NCBI RefSeq assembly: GCF_963506605.1
Contig: NC_083288.1
Location: 53,258,001-53,322,000 of the forward strand
Source of the DNA: Zootoca vivipara
Lineage: Eukaryota
Reading direction: 5' to 3'
DNA: 64,000 nucleotides
Position numbers and translations under genes: made by a program. The notes under the pieces are model-generated. The model searched no databases. It was given only the letters and a program-made list of their open reading frames with translations, and was not told the origin of the DNA. This document shows, piece by piece, positions 1-13,500 of the stretch; position 1 is the stretch's first letter; the number at the start of each line of letters is the position of its first letter.

Positions 1-2504
1 CGGCTGTGAGTCAGGCGGCGGGGAGAGGCAGAAAGGGAGAAAATGGACGAGCAGAAACAGCCGCCCACTGGCACAGCTCTCTCCACAGGCCCTGCCCACG
101 CCATGCGCCAGGAGGAGGAGGAGGAAGCTCCCTGCGGCATCAGCAGCCGCCCTCACCTGGAAACCAGAACTAAGCCTGCTTGTGACACAGAGGAAAATCA
201 ATCAAAAAAGCCTCAACTTGCAGGTGACACAGCAACTGCTCATGAAAAGCAGCACAGCAGCACCCACCCCCCAAAAACAGTGACCCAAGGGAGGGGCTGT
301 CTGAAACTGGTGGTGACCAACACCCCCACCCACCCACCCACCCACCGCAACCCTTCAGATCCTGCGAAATGGGCACATTTTCCCCGGCAGATCTCCAGCC
401 GTGCACAACCTCCAGGGTGAGGGTCAGGCAGCACCTCTGAGCCCCAGAGCAAGAGTGGGGCATGGGGCGGGGCGGGGGGGAGACCATAGCCGTTGCGCCC
501 AGGACACCCACTCGTGGGCTTCCCATTGGGGCATCTGCAAGGAACAGGATGCTGGACTGGGTGGACCCCCCTCCCTCCACACTTTGGTCTGATCCAGCTG
601 CTGAACTCCTCCTATTTATTTATTGTTGACTTGTTGCATTTATACGCCACCTTTCTCTCCATGGAGCTCAAGACAGCTTACAAGGTTCTCTGCCCTCCTC
701 AAGGAATCCCAGCAACAACCCTGTGAGGTAGGCTAGACCAAGAGGGGCAGTGACTGGCTCACAAGGTCACAACCAGGGAGTGCCATGGCAGCTCTAGTGG
801 GGATTTGAACCCTGGTCTTAAGCCTGATGTTGCTCCCTCCCGATTTGGCCAAGAGGCACATTTTAGGGTGGTCTTCCTCTGCGGCAGCTCAGGGTCTCCT
901 GTTCCCCTGCCAATGCCCAGCTCCTCCCTCTCTTCTACTCTCCCCCCACTGCACACTGCCAGGGTCTCCCTCGCCCTGCTTCCTGGTGTTAACTGCAGGG
1001 GGGTGAGCGGGGGGCGGGGTGGGAGAAGCGCTGCCCCAGTGCTCTGCTCAGAGATTTCCCCGTCTGCCTTTTAATTACAAATCACCTGCTGGTTGCCGGC
1101 TTGTAATCAGGTTAGGCAAAGACCCCTAAGCCGATTTGTGGGGATGGCGAAGGAGCCAGCTCCTGCTGACAAGCTGCAGGTCTGAGCCAGGGGGTGGCTT
1201 CTCTCCGCTCTTGGTGTGGCAAGGCACACATGCACGCACACACACCCCTCCCAGAGGTGCTGGGCGAAGTTGGCTCTGGTGGGGAGAAGGGGTGCCGCCC
1301 CCCCCTCAAGGGGGTTATAACATCCACAGCGCAGGATGAGCAGTGACTGTCAGAGGATGGAAAGCAGCAGGGAGGCTGGAGGGGAAGAGGGTGGCATTTA
1401 GGTCTCTCATCTCCATGTGTAAACATCCCAGAAGCCCACCTAGCACTGAGAACGTAAGGCAAGCTGACTGGATCAGGCCATAGGCTCATCTTGGCCAGCA
1501 TCCTCTGTTCTTACAGTGGCCAACCTGAGGCCTCGACTGGGAATCCCACAAGAAGGATGGCAGCACAAGAGCCACTCTCCCTCCTTCTCGTGGTTTCCAG
1601 CAACTGGAACACTGAAGCATCAACTGCACGGCCTTCATCAGGGCCAGGGGGGGCCATCGAAAGCCCTCTGCTCCTCCATGGTTTTGTTCTCTTTTAAAGC
1701 CATGAAGGTTGGCAGCCATCGCTGCCTCCTGCGGCAGCAAGTTCCACAGTTAAACTACATGAAGAGGTATTCCTTTTCCTATGCCACCAGCGCTGCCCAT
1801 GTTCTGCATCCACCTCAGAGAGGATCACGAGAAGCTTCCTCTACAGAACTGGACAGGCGGGCAGCTCACCTTAAGGCCTACCTGGTGCCTTCCAGGTGCT
1901 CTGCACCACAAGTCCCATCAGCCGCCACCCAGCAGGGCTGGCAAAGGCTGCTTTAAGATAAGCTGTCCAGCCCTGGCAACCCCAGAGATAATCACAGGGC
2001 TGCAGAGCTGGAAGGGACCTCCGGGGGCTGTCTAGGCCACCCCTCTGCAATGCAGGAATGAAGAATACCTGGCAGGTGGCCACCCGACCCCTGCTCAAAA
2101 ACCTACAAGGAAGGAGAGCCCCCCCCTAAGGGAGCCACAGCTTCATACCCAGCCTGGCTTGGACCCAGCAGCCTCAGGCCAGGCCAGCATCCTCTTTAAC
2201 ATCCGCACCAAGTGACGGGGCCTGTTCCCCGTGCTCAGACACATTGGAGGGAAGCTGCAGGCTGAGCAAGAGACTGCGCCAAGAGCCCCCCCCCCACCGA
2301 AGAGGCAGAGAGGCGGCTCCCACCCAGCTGCCTCCTCAGTCTCCATGGCAGCCTTCCTGAATTAGATGCAGCTTTGCCTGCTTCCCTGCCTGCCTCCAGC
2401 TCAGCCTGTTCCGATGGATCGCAGGGAGGAGGAGGAGTGGCCCCCAGGCAGCCCCTCTTGGACCTACCACCACCAGACAGACCCTTGGTCTTGGTCCATC
2501 TCGG

Positions 2505-2655
2505 ACAGTGCTGCCTACACTGACTGGCAACAGTGGCTGTCCTGGGTCTCAGGCAGAGGGGAGTCTCTCCCAGCCCTACCTGCAGATGCCGTCAGGGATT
2601 GAACCTGCGACCACCTGCATTCAAAGCAGGTGCTCTGCCATTGAGCTACAGCCCC
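2505..2655 (-). mobile_element. tRNA-derived SINE (GGGGCTGTAGCTCA head family)
   Basis: A box TAGCTCAATGG and B box GGTTCAATCCC; body shared with copies at about 3770-3945 (+), 25490-25595 and 49455-49555. Confidence 0.75.
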
Positions 2656-3291
2656 TCCTGTTCTGCCAGGGCACAAGCTCATGTCCAACCCCAACCCCAC
2701 CCCGAAAGGGGTGTCATTTGCTGCGTTAACCGACAGAAGCCCTGGCAGGTGCGGCCCCTGGCCCTCAGTTCCAGGCTCTAGGCGCAAGGAGAGCACCTAG
2801 GTCGCATCGCGAGCCCCACACCACACTTTGGACAAACGGCACGCTTCCCACGGGTGCCATTATTTCACAGAGTGTCACCTTCTGGGTTCCTGCAAGCGTG
2901 AATGTGGGTCCATCCCCCGAGATTAGGCAACGAGAAAAGGGAGAAGAGGAATAAGAAGGCGGGGGGGGGGGAGAGCAGTGCATGCAGGAGAGAAATTGGA
3001 GCAGCCTGGCCTACGATCAACAGCTTTGCCAACAAGACGCCAACCCACCCTCCTTCTCCTGTGCCACATCCAATCCAGCTCCACACAGGGGTAGGGTGGG
3101 GATTTCTCCCAGAAGCCTCTGCAATTCTCCAGCCCTCCACCCCATTTCCTGCCAGCAGACAGGAAAGTCCTAGGTTCCCTGGCACCTAACAGACATTTGA
3201 CTATAGGAACATAAGGAGAGAGCCTGCAGGCCCAGGCCAAAAAGGGCCTGTCTAGTCCAGCATCCTGTTCTCACAGTGGCCATCCATGGGA

Positions 3292-3420
3292 TCATAGAAT
3301 TGTAGCGAGGGAAGCAATCCCAAGGATCCTCTAGTCTAACCCCTTGCAATCCTGCCTTGGGTGGGCTCAAACCACCAACCTTCTGGTTAACAGCCAGAGA
3401 CACTGACCCATTGCGCCACA
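3292..3420 (-). mobile_element. SINE-like chimera with a tRNA-Asn-derived head and a CR1 3' tail
   Basis: Minus strand reads TGTGGCGCAATGGGTCAGTGTCTCTGGCTGTTAACCAGAAGGTTGGTGGTTTGAGCCCACCCAAGG (tRNA-Asn(GUU)-like), then ATTGCAAGGGGTTAGACTAGAGG...ATTCTATGAT. Confidence 0.75.
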
Positions 3421-3596
3421 ATGTGGGGCACCCACAGATGGAAATGAACACAAGAACACTCTCCCCTCCTGTGGCTTCCAGCAACTGGCATTATGAGTAT
3501 TTTGCCACTGCCTGGCACTGGACTAGACTGGCAACTGAAAATCTAACCCTGACATTGGGCTTGGGAGGGGGAGGAGAAAAGGCATTTGTGGGAAGA

Positions 3597-3737
3597 GCCA
3601 TACGGTAGCTCAGTGATACAGCATGAGACTCTGAAGTTTAGGCGGCAAGTTCGAGCCCCACAATGGGCAAAAGATTCCTGCATTGCAGGGGGTTGGAATA
3701 GATGACCCTCAGGGTCACTACCCACTCTATGATTCTA
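3597..3737 (+). mobile_element. SINE with a tRNA-Lys-derived head and a CR1 3' tail
   Basis: TAGCTCAGT..AGCATGAGACTCT..GTTCGAGCCCCAC (A/B boxes, tRNA-Lys(CUU)-like) joined to CCTGCATTGCAGGGGGTTGG..TAGATGACC..CTATGATTCTA. A partial second copy lies at about 58122-58240 (-). Confidence 0.8.
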
Positions 3738-4979
3738 AAAACAGATTAAAACCTGCATGAGCTTTCTAAACATCTTCTTTGCGTGCAGGATGTCCCAGGA
3801 CCAATACCCAGAGGCATGGCCAGGCAGGCCTGGAAAAGATTCTCTGCCTGAAACTCTGGCCAGCCGCTGTTGCCAGTCAGTGTAGGCAATGCTGAGCTGG
3901 ATGGAGAAAGGGTCTGACTCGGTTTTAAGGCCGCTTCCTGTGTTCCTCTCTGGACCAGGAACTTGGGAGGACACAACCCCTGCAGTCTGGTCATGCCACT
4001 CCCCACGACACTCCCACCAACGGATTCTGCAGCCCACTAGCCGGAAACTCCCTTAGCTTCAGACAGTACAGAAAACGAAGGGCTCCAACCATCTCTCCCC
4101 CCCCCTTCTGAGGTGCATCCCCACCCCCACCCACCGGCACAAGGAGTTGAGGATTTTAAAGCCAAGGTTGGATGGCCACCTGTCAGGGATGCTTTAGCTG
4201 AGGTTCCTGCATTGCAGGGGGTTGGACTGGGTGACCCTAGGATTCTATTATTCTTTCCTAAAGCATAGCTGTTGGCTGGATGCAGGCAAAAGGCAACTTG
4301 TTCCCAGTTTCATATGGTCCAGAGGAACACACGGCAGGAGGCCTCCCTACAGGGCTGTTGGCTCAGTGCCCGAGTCACAGACTTTGCCCTCCCCTCCTCC
4401 TCCCCTGTGGGCCTCTAGGAAGGACTTTGCCTCCTGCTTGGCACTGGCGGCAGGACGTTCCTCCTGGCCTTTCCGGGCATCCCCTCTGCAAAGAGAAAGC
4501 CCTTTGGAGAAAGCCCTTGAAGGAAGCGAGCTCCGTTGCTGCAGCAGCACTCTCTTCCCTCACCACCACCAAGCCAGGGCGTGACATTTCCACAGCGGTC
4601 TCCGCGGCAGGAGGTAGCCAGGCGCCAGGCCCCTCCCCAGACAGGCACTTGCACTCCCTATTAATTCATTGCACAGACGTCCCCGGGGGACACTTGAAGG
4701 CGAACTGCAGTGGCGGAGCTCGTGACCCTGGAGGGAAGAGGGGGCTGGATAGTTACACCACCACCTCCAATTCCCCCACAGGATGTACCACCTCAGCTTC
4801 CAGGACACAGAAAAAGCACAGCCACTGGTCTAAAAAGAAAACACCCACCAAGCACAAGGGGGACATATGATTCCTTTGAGGATGCGCTGAACCCAGCTTG
4901 TCCTTGCCTCCAAGAGAGGGTGGCAAGGACACCTCTGAGACCTGTGAGTGTTTATCCATGCGCACAGCAACACCTAAGG

Positions 4980-5116
4980 CAGGCACCCCCAAACTCGTCC
5001 CCTCCAGATGTTTTGGGACTACAACTCCCATCATCCTTAGCTAACAACACCAGTGGTCAGGGATGATGGGGATTGTAGTCCCCAAACATCTGGCGGGCTG
5101 AGTTTGAGGGTGCCTG
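4980..5116. mobile_element. About 135-bp hAT (Buster/Charlie-type) MITE
   Basis: TIR CAGGCACCCCCAAACT; palindromic body with GGACTACAACTCCCATCA; perfect TSD ACCTAAGG. Confidence 0.9.
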
Positions 5117-8100
5117 ACCTAAGGTGTCAGGTGCTGAGCTTGGGCCCACTGTGGCCTGGACGCGGCAGCCACAGCCCAGGATTCTTAGAGTCCCACGCTG
5201 GGTGAAGAGTCCTGCATTGCAGAGGGTTGGACTAGATGACACTCAAGGTCCCTTCCAACCCCACAAGTCTGTGATCTGGTGTGCGATTCACAGCCAGAGG
5301 ACAATGCCAAACTCTGCCAACGCACCGATTCACGCCATCCAATTCCTGCACAGTCCCTTTGCCCTCCAAAGTTTCGCCAGACAGTGCATGGATAAACTCA
5401 GGAGGGGAGCAGAGAAGGGTGGGGGGCAACCCTGGCTGGGCACCTGGACCAGCAGGAGGAGGAATCACCCCTTCCCAGTGACTTTGCGGGACTTTTCAGA
5501 CCTGAGGCAGCCCAAACTCTCCTCCCGGTCAAGGTGCCTCCTAGGCAGAGTGACAAGCTGGGAGGAAGCCCTAAGGTGCAGACGAGAGCAGCAGGAAGAG
5601 CTTCCCTTTTCTTAGAATCAAAGAACTGCAGAGCTGGAAGTGACCCAAAGGGGCATCTAGACCAACCCCTTTCAGCAAAGACAGCTGTGAGGAGAGAACC
5701 TCAAATAAACCTAGCCCAGCATCCTGTTCCCACAGTGGCCGGCCAGGTGCCCCAATGGGAAGCCTTATCACTCATGAATTTGTCTCAGTTTGAGATGGAG
5801 GTGGGTGGGATTAAAATATCTGCAGTACCGGTATTTACATGCCCATCATGAGAGCCGGCATGGCATAGAGGTAGAGGGTCGGGAGAGAACCTAGGAGAGA
5901 ACAGCCTGGATCAAATCCCCCCCCCCACTCAGCCATGAAGCTCGCCGGGTGCGACCTTCTGGGCCAGTCACTGCTTCCTCTTAGCCTAGCCTACCTGACA
6001 GGGTTGTTGTGGGGATTAAATGAGGAAGGGGAAGGACCATATTTTTCCTGGGAGAAAAAGGTGAAATATAAATGAAATAAATAAATATGTAAAATGGACC
6101 TACAAGCATTATCAGACTGAGTCAGCAAGAATCTCCAGGATCAGCATTTTTACAGTGAGGCGGAAGACTCACCCCCAACCTCATTTTCTTCACCTCTGAG
6201 AAGGCTTTTATTGGGGGGGGGGGGTAGGACTAGGCCGGTGTGTGTTTTGGGGTGGGTATTTTTCTTCTTTTCATCTGGAAGGCATCATTGAAGGCATTAG
6301 GATGGCAAAGGAGTCCACTGGGGAGTCTTCTCTTAAATCTTTTTTCTTCCCCTTTTCCGGGATGGGGGTGAAGAGAAGCGGTACGGGCTCCCTCGCTTGT
6401 AGCCCAGCCAGCCTGCTTGCAAAATGCTTATTCAACCAGAGCCACTGGGAGAGGAAAAGCAGGTTGGGGCAGGTCCGCCTTGAGCAAAGAGAGCAGCCCC
6501 ACCCTGGAGAGAAAGAAGGAAGGAAGGAGCAGGGCCACTTCATCTCATGCAAGAGGAGGAGGGCTGAGAGACAGCAGAGCGGGCTGCTCAGAATTCGCCC
6601 TCCAGCCCCACGTGGAAGGGGGACCAAGGAGCCCAACCCCTTCTTAGAGCAAAAGAAGAGCCTGCTGGAACAGGCCAAAGGGGGCCTGTGGGGAACCCCC
6701 AAGCAGGATTCAAACACAAGAGATCTCATCGCTCCTGTGGTTTCCAGCAACTGGCTTTCAGAAACAGCTGTGGAAGCAGAGCAGAGCCTCACTCATGGCT
6801 TACAGTCATCCATAAATAGCCCTTGTCTTTTCATGAATTTGCTCAGTCTTTTCAAGCCATAAAGGTTCTTGGCCACCCCTGGCTCCTGTGGGAGGGAGTT
6901 CCACAGCTTAACACTGCACTGCATGAAGGACCTCACTGTCAGGGTGCCTAGACACCATGTCAGGTTCAGCTTGCACCTGTTGGGTTTGGGGGGGGGGAGC
7001 TCAAGGTTTGCATTTCAGGAAGCAATGCAGCCAAACTGCACACACTGCAGGGACACTGGAGGAGAGAGAGGACAGAGGGACGGGCTGAAATGTCTTCCCG
7101 ATTTTGGCAGCCAACCCAAGACTTCTCTGTTGAGCCTTCCAGAAGTTCAGGGGGGCTTGCTGCTCCTCTCTAACATGGTGGCCTCACTGGTGGACAGAAT
7201 CATAGAAATGTAGAGTTGGAAAGGACCCCTGAGGGTAATCTACCGGTAGCCCAACCCCCTGCAACGCAGGGATCACAGCTACGGAACCCCTGACAGGCGA
7301 CCACCCAACCTCTGTTTAAAAGCCCCCCAGTGAAGGAGAGCCCCCTACCACCAGAGGGAGTCTGCTCTGTGGTCAAAGGGAAGTTCTTCCTAATGTTTAC
7401 TGTACTCAGAATCTCCTTCCTTGTCGTTTGAATCCATCAACCTCCAGAGCCACCCTGCATTCCCCCAAACACACCAGAGGCGCTCTGCGTCACCACGGGG
7501 GCTTGCTCTTTCTCTCTCTATCCCCCACCCAACACACAAAATGCGATTGCTGAGAAAATGCAGAAGAGGACCTGAGAGGACACCACCCACCCAAATGCTG
7601 CCTCCACCCCCTTTGGGGGGGGGTGGCGTTCGCCCATGGAAGGGCCTCTCTCCCAAATCCTGCAAGTTTGGGAAAAAGCGGGGTGCATCTCAAGCGGCAG
7701 GTGAAGAGCCACTCTGGGTGAGGGAGACACTCCTTCCTTCCCCTCTCCCTCTCTCTCACCCCCCCCAAAAGCGACTGTGGATTCTCCTGCCTTTCCACCC
7801 TCCCTGCAGGAGCACTCACATGAGACAGAACCAGGAGCTGGAGACAGATTTGCTGGGGGGGGGGAACAGAGCTGAAACTGGAGCTCTGGTTCCCCTGCCT
7901 GCCTGCCAAGACGGTCTTGGGGTGCCTGTTCTTTGCAACTCGAGAGGAAGGCAACTATTGCGGGGCCAGTGACAATCTGCCTTGCTCCGAGTGTGTGCTG
8001 CCTGGTTCAAGGACGGCGAGAAAGAGAGAGGGGGGGAATATATAAAAGCATGAAAGGGAGGATTGTAATTCAATCAAGGCTAACATGCTGCAGTCAACAA

Positions 8101-8195
8101 GTTCTCCCTAGCAACAAGAAAGCATGGCGGCGGCATCAAGGCAGCCCTGCACAGAGATCCCTTTTCAAGCGCGGAGGCCATGCAAAGGGAACACA

Positions 8196-8198
<3 letters not shown>

Positions 8199-8238
<40 letters not shown>
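8199..8238. repeat. (CA)n microsatellite
   Basis: About 20 CA units. Confidence 0.95.
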
Positions 8239-8240
<2 letters not shown>

Positions 8241-10167
8241 TCTGCCACAGGCTTGTGCATCTCAGATAAGAGCCAGGAACCAGCATAGTGGGGCAAAGGG
8301 GAGAGAGGCAACCGAGAGAGAAAATATTAGATCCTTCAGAGAAATCCAGAGCCGGAAGGGGGAAAGGGCCAGGCAGGAGCCAAACACCTTCGCCAAGGCG
8401 GGCACACAAGCACACCCCTGCAGAGACATTGCAGGGGGCTGGGCTGGGCGACCCTCTGGCCCCTTCCAACGCTGCAGTTCTGTGATGCAAAGACCCCTGC
8501 CTCACCCCGAGGCACAGCCAGAGAGCAGGTGTGCTGCAAGGGAGGCTGCCAAGTGATGATGGGCTGGGTGTCAGGAGAGCAAAAGAGAAGGCAGGGGGCC
8601 TGGTGGGTCCTCAGAGGGGGGACGACGACCCGGGGCCAAGAGGGGCAGGTTGGCTTCCACACACTCATTGCGGGAGCCCAGGCACAAAAGAGCAAGCTGC
8701 CTTCCGCTGGGCTGGGCTGCTTGGCCTCCTTCTCAGGAAGCAGGCCTCTTCAAGCGCCAACTCCAAAGCAAGGTCTTTGCTGTTTCTCCTAGATGCACAC
8801 AAATGCCACCACAAGAGTGAGGAGGAAGGGAAGCCCTGGGAGCTTCCCTGTGGCAGAACTGCAATGGAGGTGCCGGCTTAAGGGACCAAGCCTCGTAGGC
8901 AGGCAGAAGCCCCCAGCCCACTTGGAAAGGCCTGCACCAGGCTGCTCCCCTCCTCGTCCTTGACACTGCCAAAAGAGGAAATTTAATTTCTGCTGTGGTA
9001 GAAGGGCCTCTGGCCGAGTGGGTTTTCTGCTGATGGGTCGATTCTGCAAGGCTGTCACCCGCCAAAGCTCCAGTCTCACATGTCACCTGTTTCAAAGACG
9101 TTCTTCCTCACTCCCACCCAGCAATTCCTGCTCAGGCAAGGGCACCGTGGCCCCTCGAGCTGGATCACCAAATCTCTGCCACAGCAGATCCCCCACACAA
9201 ACGCACGCTGTGCCTTCAGGAGTGTGGTGCTGAACACCTCCAGGGGAGAGGGTGAAGGCCTGCGCTCACCCCTGCCAGCCTCCCTCCCCACAACAAAAGC
9301 AGGTGCCATGGCCAGGCTCTGTTCCTGCCCACTCCCTCCAAGCGAGAGGCCTTCCCCTCCCTTGTGAAAACCAACCTGCCTAACTGGCCTTCTCCTCGCC
9401 CCGGGAGCTGCGATGGCATCTCCTCTGGCTGCTGCCCAGCTGCCGGCCACACCTCAGGGCAGAAGGGCTCCTTGACCCACTTTCACTGCAGGGAGCGCTA
9501 AGGTGCATTCAATGGTATCTTCTGGGACATAAATTAAACCCAAAGTGCAGGAAACCACCTTCAGCCCTCCAGTTATTAAATGGGGGACTTTCAAGGAAGC
9601 AGAGCAAGGCTCTAGACCTCACTGTGGCAGACAAAAACTGGAAAGCTGGCAGGCGGTTTTTGCTGAGAGTGCCTGAGAGAGCAAAAATGCTATGTGTGAG
9701 GTCTCCAGAGGTGAGCAGGAATTTATGGCTGGCGACTGCCATTGGGCTTCGCTTGACTGAGGTGGGGGGCTGCCATGCTTAACCAGCAGCAGTTGCCCTC
9801 CATCCAGAATAGTGGTAATTGCAGGCTGGCTCCTACTCATTGCAGTATCCGCCTGAGAATCACCCCTCACCAGAACAGAGTGTGGGGTTTTCTTGGGGGG
9901 GGAGTGGGGTGCTCTACGGTGCTCATCAAATGCTGCTAGCTCCTTGAGAGAAGGGTCCCAGTTGCAAAAGCTACCCTGCCTGACACACATGCCTTATACC
10001 ACAAAAATGCACTCCGCTATCACAAAAACTGCCACGTCCAGCTACTCGCTCCTCTGCTCAGCAATGTCAGTCCTAAAATTCTATACCCTGCAGAGGGAAA
10101 CCAGGTGGAACCTTCTTCTTCCACGGTGTGTGGAATTCCTGAACACTTGCAGACAGACTGCCTAACC

Positions 10168-10303
10168 CAGGCACCCCCAAACTTCGGCCCTCCAGATGTT
10201 TTGGACTACAATTTCCATCATCCCTGACCACTGGTCCTCTTAGCTAGGGATCATGGGAGTTGTAGGCCAAAACATCTAGAGGGCCGCAGTTTGGGGATGC
10301 CTG
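10168..10303. mobile_element. About 135-bp hAT MITE (same family)
   Basis: TIRs CAGGCACCCCCAAACT / AGTTTGGGGATGCCTG; perfect TSD GCCTAACC. Confidence 0.9.
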
Positions 10304-10984
10304 GCCTAACCCTTCCCCAACCATTTCTTCTCCTGAAAGAGAATTACTTAGTTTCTCAACAACAACAAAAACCTTCCTGTTTTGCAATGAGAGCAGGCTA
10401 TGCTGGACAATTGCTCATTTTGCATCTCGAAAGAGGGAGTCTAAAAGGCTGAGTGGACTAGAAACTTCAAAAGCAAAGAGAAACGTGTCCCTTTTAAGGA
10501 GCCTTAATTCTCTTGGATCAGGTTTTTGTTTAATTCCAAGTTCCAGGCTGCCTGTTGAGATTTTGTACATGAGAGGCCCTTAGCCTGACAGGAGGGTGGG
10601 CCAAATGAGGAGCAGTAAGCTTAAATAGCTTTGAATTTTCTGCCTCTTGGTTTCCAGCTCAATAGCTGATTGTTGTCCTGTTGGCCCAGAGGTTCATAAG
10701 CCACAAAGAACAGATGGAGATATTGTTATTGTGCCAACTTAGGTTGGTACAGGAGTGTGCAAGCTTTTGAGTTTCACAGATCTCTTCAAGCAGGGGGGAA
10801 AACTTGATTCTTTTCTGTACAGTGAGAACTTGTGAAACTGGGAAGTTCGCACATTCTGACAGGAAGTGGAAGTTACTACGATAAGCTATTTCTCGATCCT
10901 CGTTTCAAGAAAACCACTCCTATCCTTTCCTTCGTCCACATATCCTTCTGGGATGGATCCTGGCAAGATTCTGACAAGACAGGC

Positions 10985-11345
10985 TCCTGAAAGATTCAGG
11001 AGAGATAAAACAAAGTCCTTCTTCAAGCAGCGCATAGTTAAACTGTGGAACTCCCTCCTGCAGGAGGAAGGGATGGCCGCCAACTTGGATGGCTTTAAAA
11101 GAGGACTGGGCAAATTCATGGAGGAAGAGAGAGCCGCTGATGGCTACCAGCCATGCCAGCTGTGCTCTGCCACCACAGCCAGAGACAGAGTGCGCCTCTC
11201 TGAATATCACTTGCTGGGAATCGCAAGTGGGGAGAGCGCTGCTGTTGTGCTGAGATTTTGCTTGTGGGCTTCCCATGATGGCCACTGTGGGAACAGGATG
11301 TTGGATTAGACGGTGCTCGATCCAGCAGAGACGTTCTTATGTTTC
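10985..11345 (+). mobile_element. Older CR1 3' fragment
   Basis: Encodes FRRDKTKSFFKQRIVKLWNSL...LDGFKRGLGKFM, plus a 3' UTR shared with many degraded copies in the window (e.g. about 1450-1760, 6650-6930, 35140-35420, 36840-37180). Confidence 0.8.
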
Positions 11346-13443
11346 CACAGTGGGAAAACATGGCATCAGCTGAGGCGAGGGAGGGCCGTGCTCCCCATCC
11401 ATCAGGACACGGCTTGTGCAACCTCCCTGAGGTGATGATTCCAGATACTGAGAGGCTCCCTCCCTGAATGAAAGGGAAAGACAGGCTGCATTCCAAAGGG
11501 CTCCCTCGGCTCCCGATTCTGCTGACAGCGCACAGATGAAAGCAGCCCATCCTGCTACTGCACGGCCCTTCCTAAGAAGTGACGCGTGCGTGTGAGCCTG
11601 TGAGGAAAACAACTTGGGGAGGAGGCAACAGGTGGAAAACTCCACCTCGTAAACCCCACAGTGGCAAATCCAGCCCTGCACATCACCAGCCGTGACTCAC
11701 CAAGTTCCCTTTTAGCTGCAAGAAACAGGAGCCGCAAGCACACTCTCACACACAAACAAAAAAGCCCACTGCTACAGTCAGCAAGAGGGCAAACAGGCCT
11801 CAGGCCGGCACCCCTCCCATGTGCCATCTGCAAGGGGGGGGGCGTTTTAGGCAAAACCATCAGAGGCACCAGTCGCAGCATGAAGGTTAAAAGGAAAGGA
11901 GGAGGAAAGTTACTTCTCCCATCGCTGTATCCCCAGAGTCACCTTGCAAGCAATGACAGTACAGTAAAATCTTCTTCTGTGCAGGCTTCCTCTTTTAAAG
12001 GGTCATTTTGCAAAGCGTTACAAAGAGCCTGCTGATCAGGTTATTAGTATTTATACGTGAGCGGTTATGTATGGCACTAAACAGGGCTTTATAAGCAAGA
12101 GGCAGATCCCTGCAACAAGGAGCTTCCAATATCAATCATTTTCACTGCTGTGGGAGGCAACAGAGGAAGGAAAGGGAGAGGTGATCCCAGTCTCTCCTGT
12201 CCCCTCCAGTTTCTGAGCAAGGAGCTCACAGAGGAAAGCATGAAGACCCGAACTGAGCTGTGGGGACCCCAGGGGCTCCGGAACACCAAAAGGCACACTT
12301 TTAAAAGAGGGCCTGAAATATAGCAAGGCAACACTTATCCAAAAACTCTCAGGACTCTTCCTGGTAACCGAATAACCAGGGTGATACTCTACTGGGATAA
12401 AGTGAGATGGTGGAAGAGAACCTCAGCAAATTCAGGTGGCAAGAGTTATTACGGATGACGAATATTCATAGAGCAAGTTAGATTGCGCAGGCTAGCTAAC
12501 AACCATGGAACCAACCCAGTCGAAGGTGGGGAGCTGCCTGCCAGGTTAAGGGTTAAACAAGCATTTAAAAATCAGCAGGAAGGAGATTGCAGGGCCCAGA
12601 CAGAAGTCTTTATAAACACAGAACCTTGAAAGCGCAAGGGAGGAAATGGTGGGGCGGGAGAGGCAGAGGGGGGGAAAGGTCTGCCTACCCATTAGCACAA
12701 TCCGGCTTTTTAAATCAAAGCACACGCTTGTGCTCTCCCCCCCCCCCGCCCCAAAATATGTGTGTGTGTTCCGATTGGGAGTCAGAAAGCAACATACGCA
12801 GAGAGAAGGTAGGTCTCGCCCCACCCCCTGCTTTGCTCACCCCACCATCCCTTTGCTGGGGGGACTGGCTCTTCCTAATCTCCCCCCCCCCAAGCAGCTG
12901 ATCTAGCGAGCGGGGGACGGACTGAGAGAGGAAAAGAGACGGCAACCGCCACCCACAAATATCGACTGCAGCAACCAGGAGGGAAGACGGAGCAGCGGAG
13001 CGGGGCTGCGTAGTGTGCGTGGTGGGGGTGGGGAGGCGGCAGAAGAAGAAGAAGAGAGAACGAAGAGGCGAACCCGCCCCCTCCCCCCCCGGTGCTGCAG
13101 GTTGCCAGAGGAGGGGGGAAACACGGCAGGGCTCGCCCCTCTCTGCAGCAAAGGCTCCTCGCAGCCGCCGCCGTCCCCGCCAGGCCCCCTCCTAGCGCGC
13201 CCGTCAACCCAACCCACGGACTGCACCGGAGGGGGGCGTCACAGCTGCAGCCCCCGCCTCCCCTTCCTGCTGGCATGCTCACCCCTCCCAGCCCCACGGA
13301 AGATTTTTTTGGGCGGGGGTTAGTCTGTGCCATGGGAGGGAGGAGCGGGTGGAGCCCCCTCCTCACCATTCCTGTTCCCTTCGCTTCTCCTCCCCTCCCG
13401 CCCCCTGACCTTTGACCCCCCCTCTCTGCCCCCCCCCGCTCAC

Positions 13444-13500
13444 CCTGAGGGCGGAGAGGTCGATGTCGTCGAGGCTCCGGGCGGGGGCCGGGTCGGCCAT
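13444..13500 (-). CDS. MINK1: MINK1 (misshapen-like kinase 1, MAP4K6) coding exon 1; gene continues off the left edge through a >13.4 kb intron 1
   Basis: ATG at 13500 in GCC-ATG-G context. 57 nt encode MADPAPARSLDDIDLSALR, then a GTGAG donor at 13443. This matches the MINK1/TNIK/MAP4K4 N-terminus; the PAPARSLDDID variant and position next to PLD2 point to MINK1. Exon 2 (DPAGIFELVE...) not found in 1-13443. Confidence 0.93.

Noticed and set aside
2505-3737. tRNA-like sequences as functional tRNA genes
   Set aside because: Stems are disrupted, there is no oligo-T terminator, and each is fused to a SINE body or CR1 tail.
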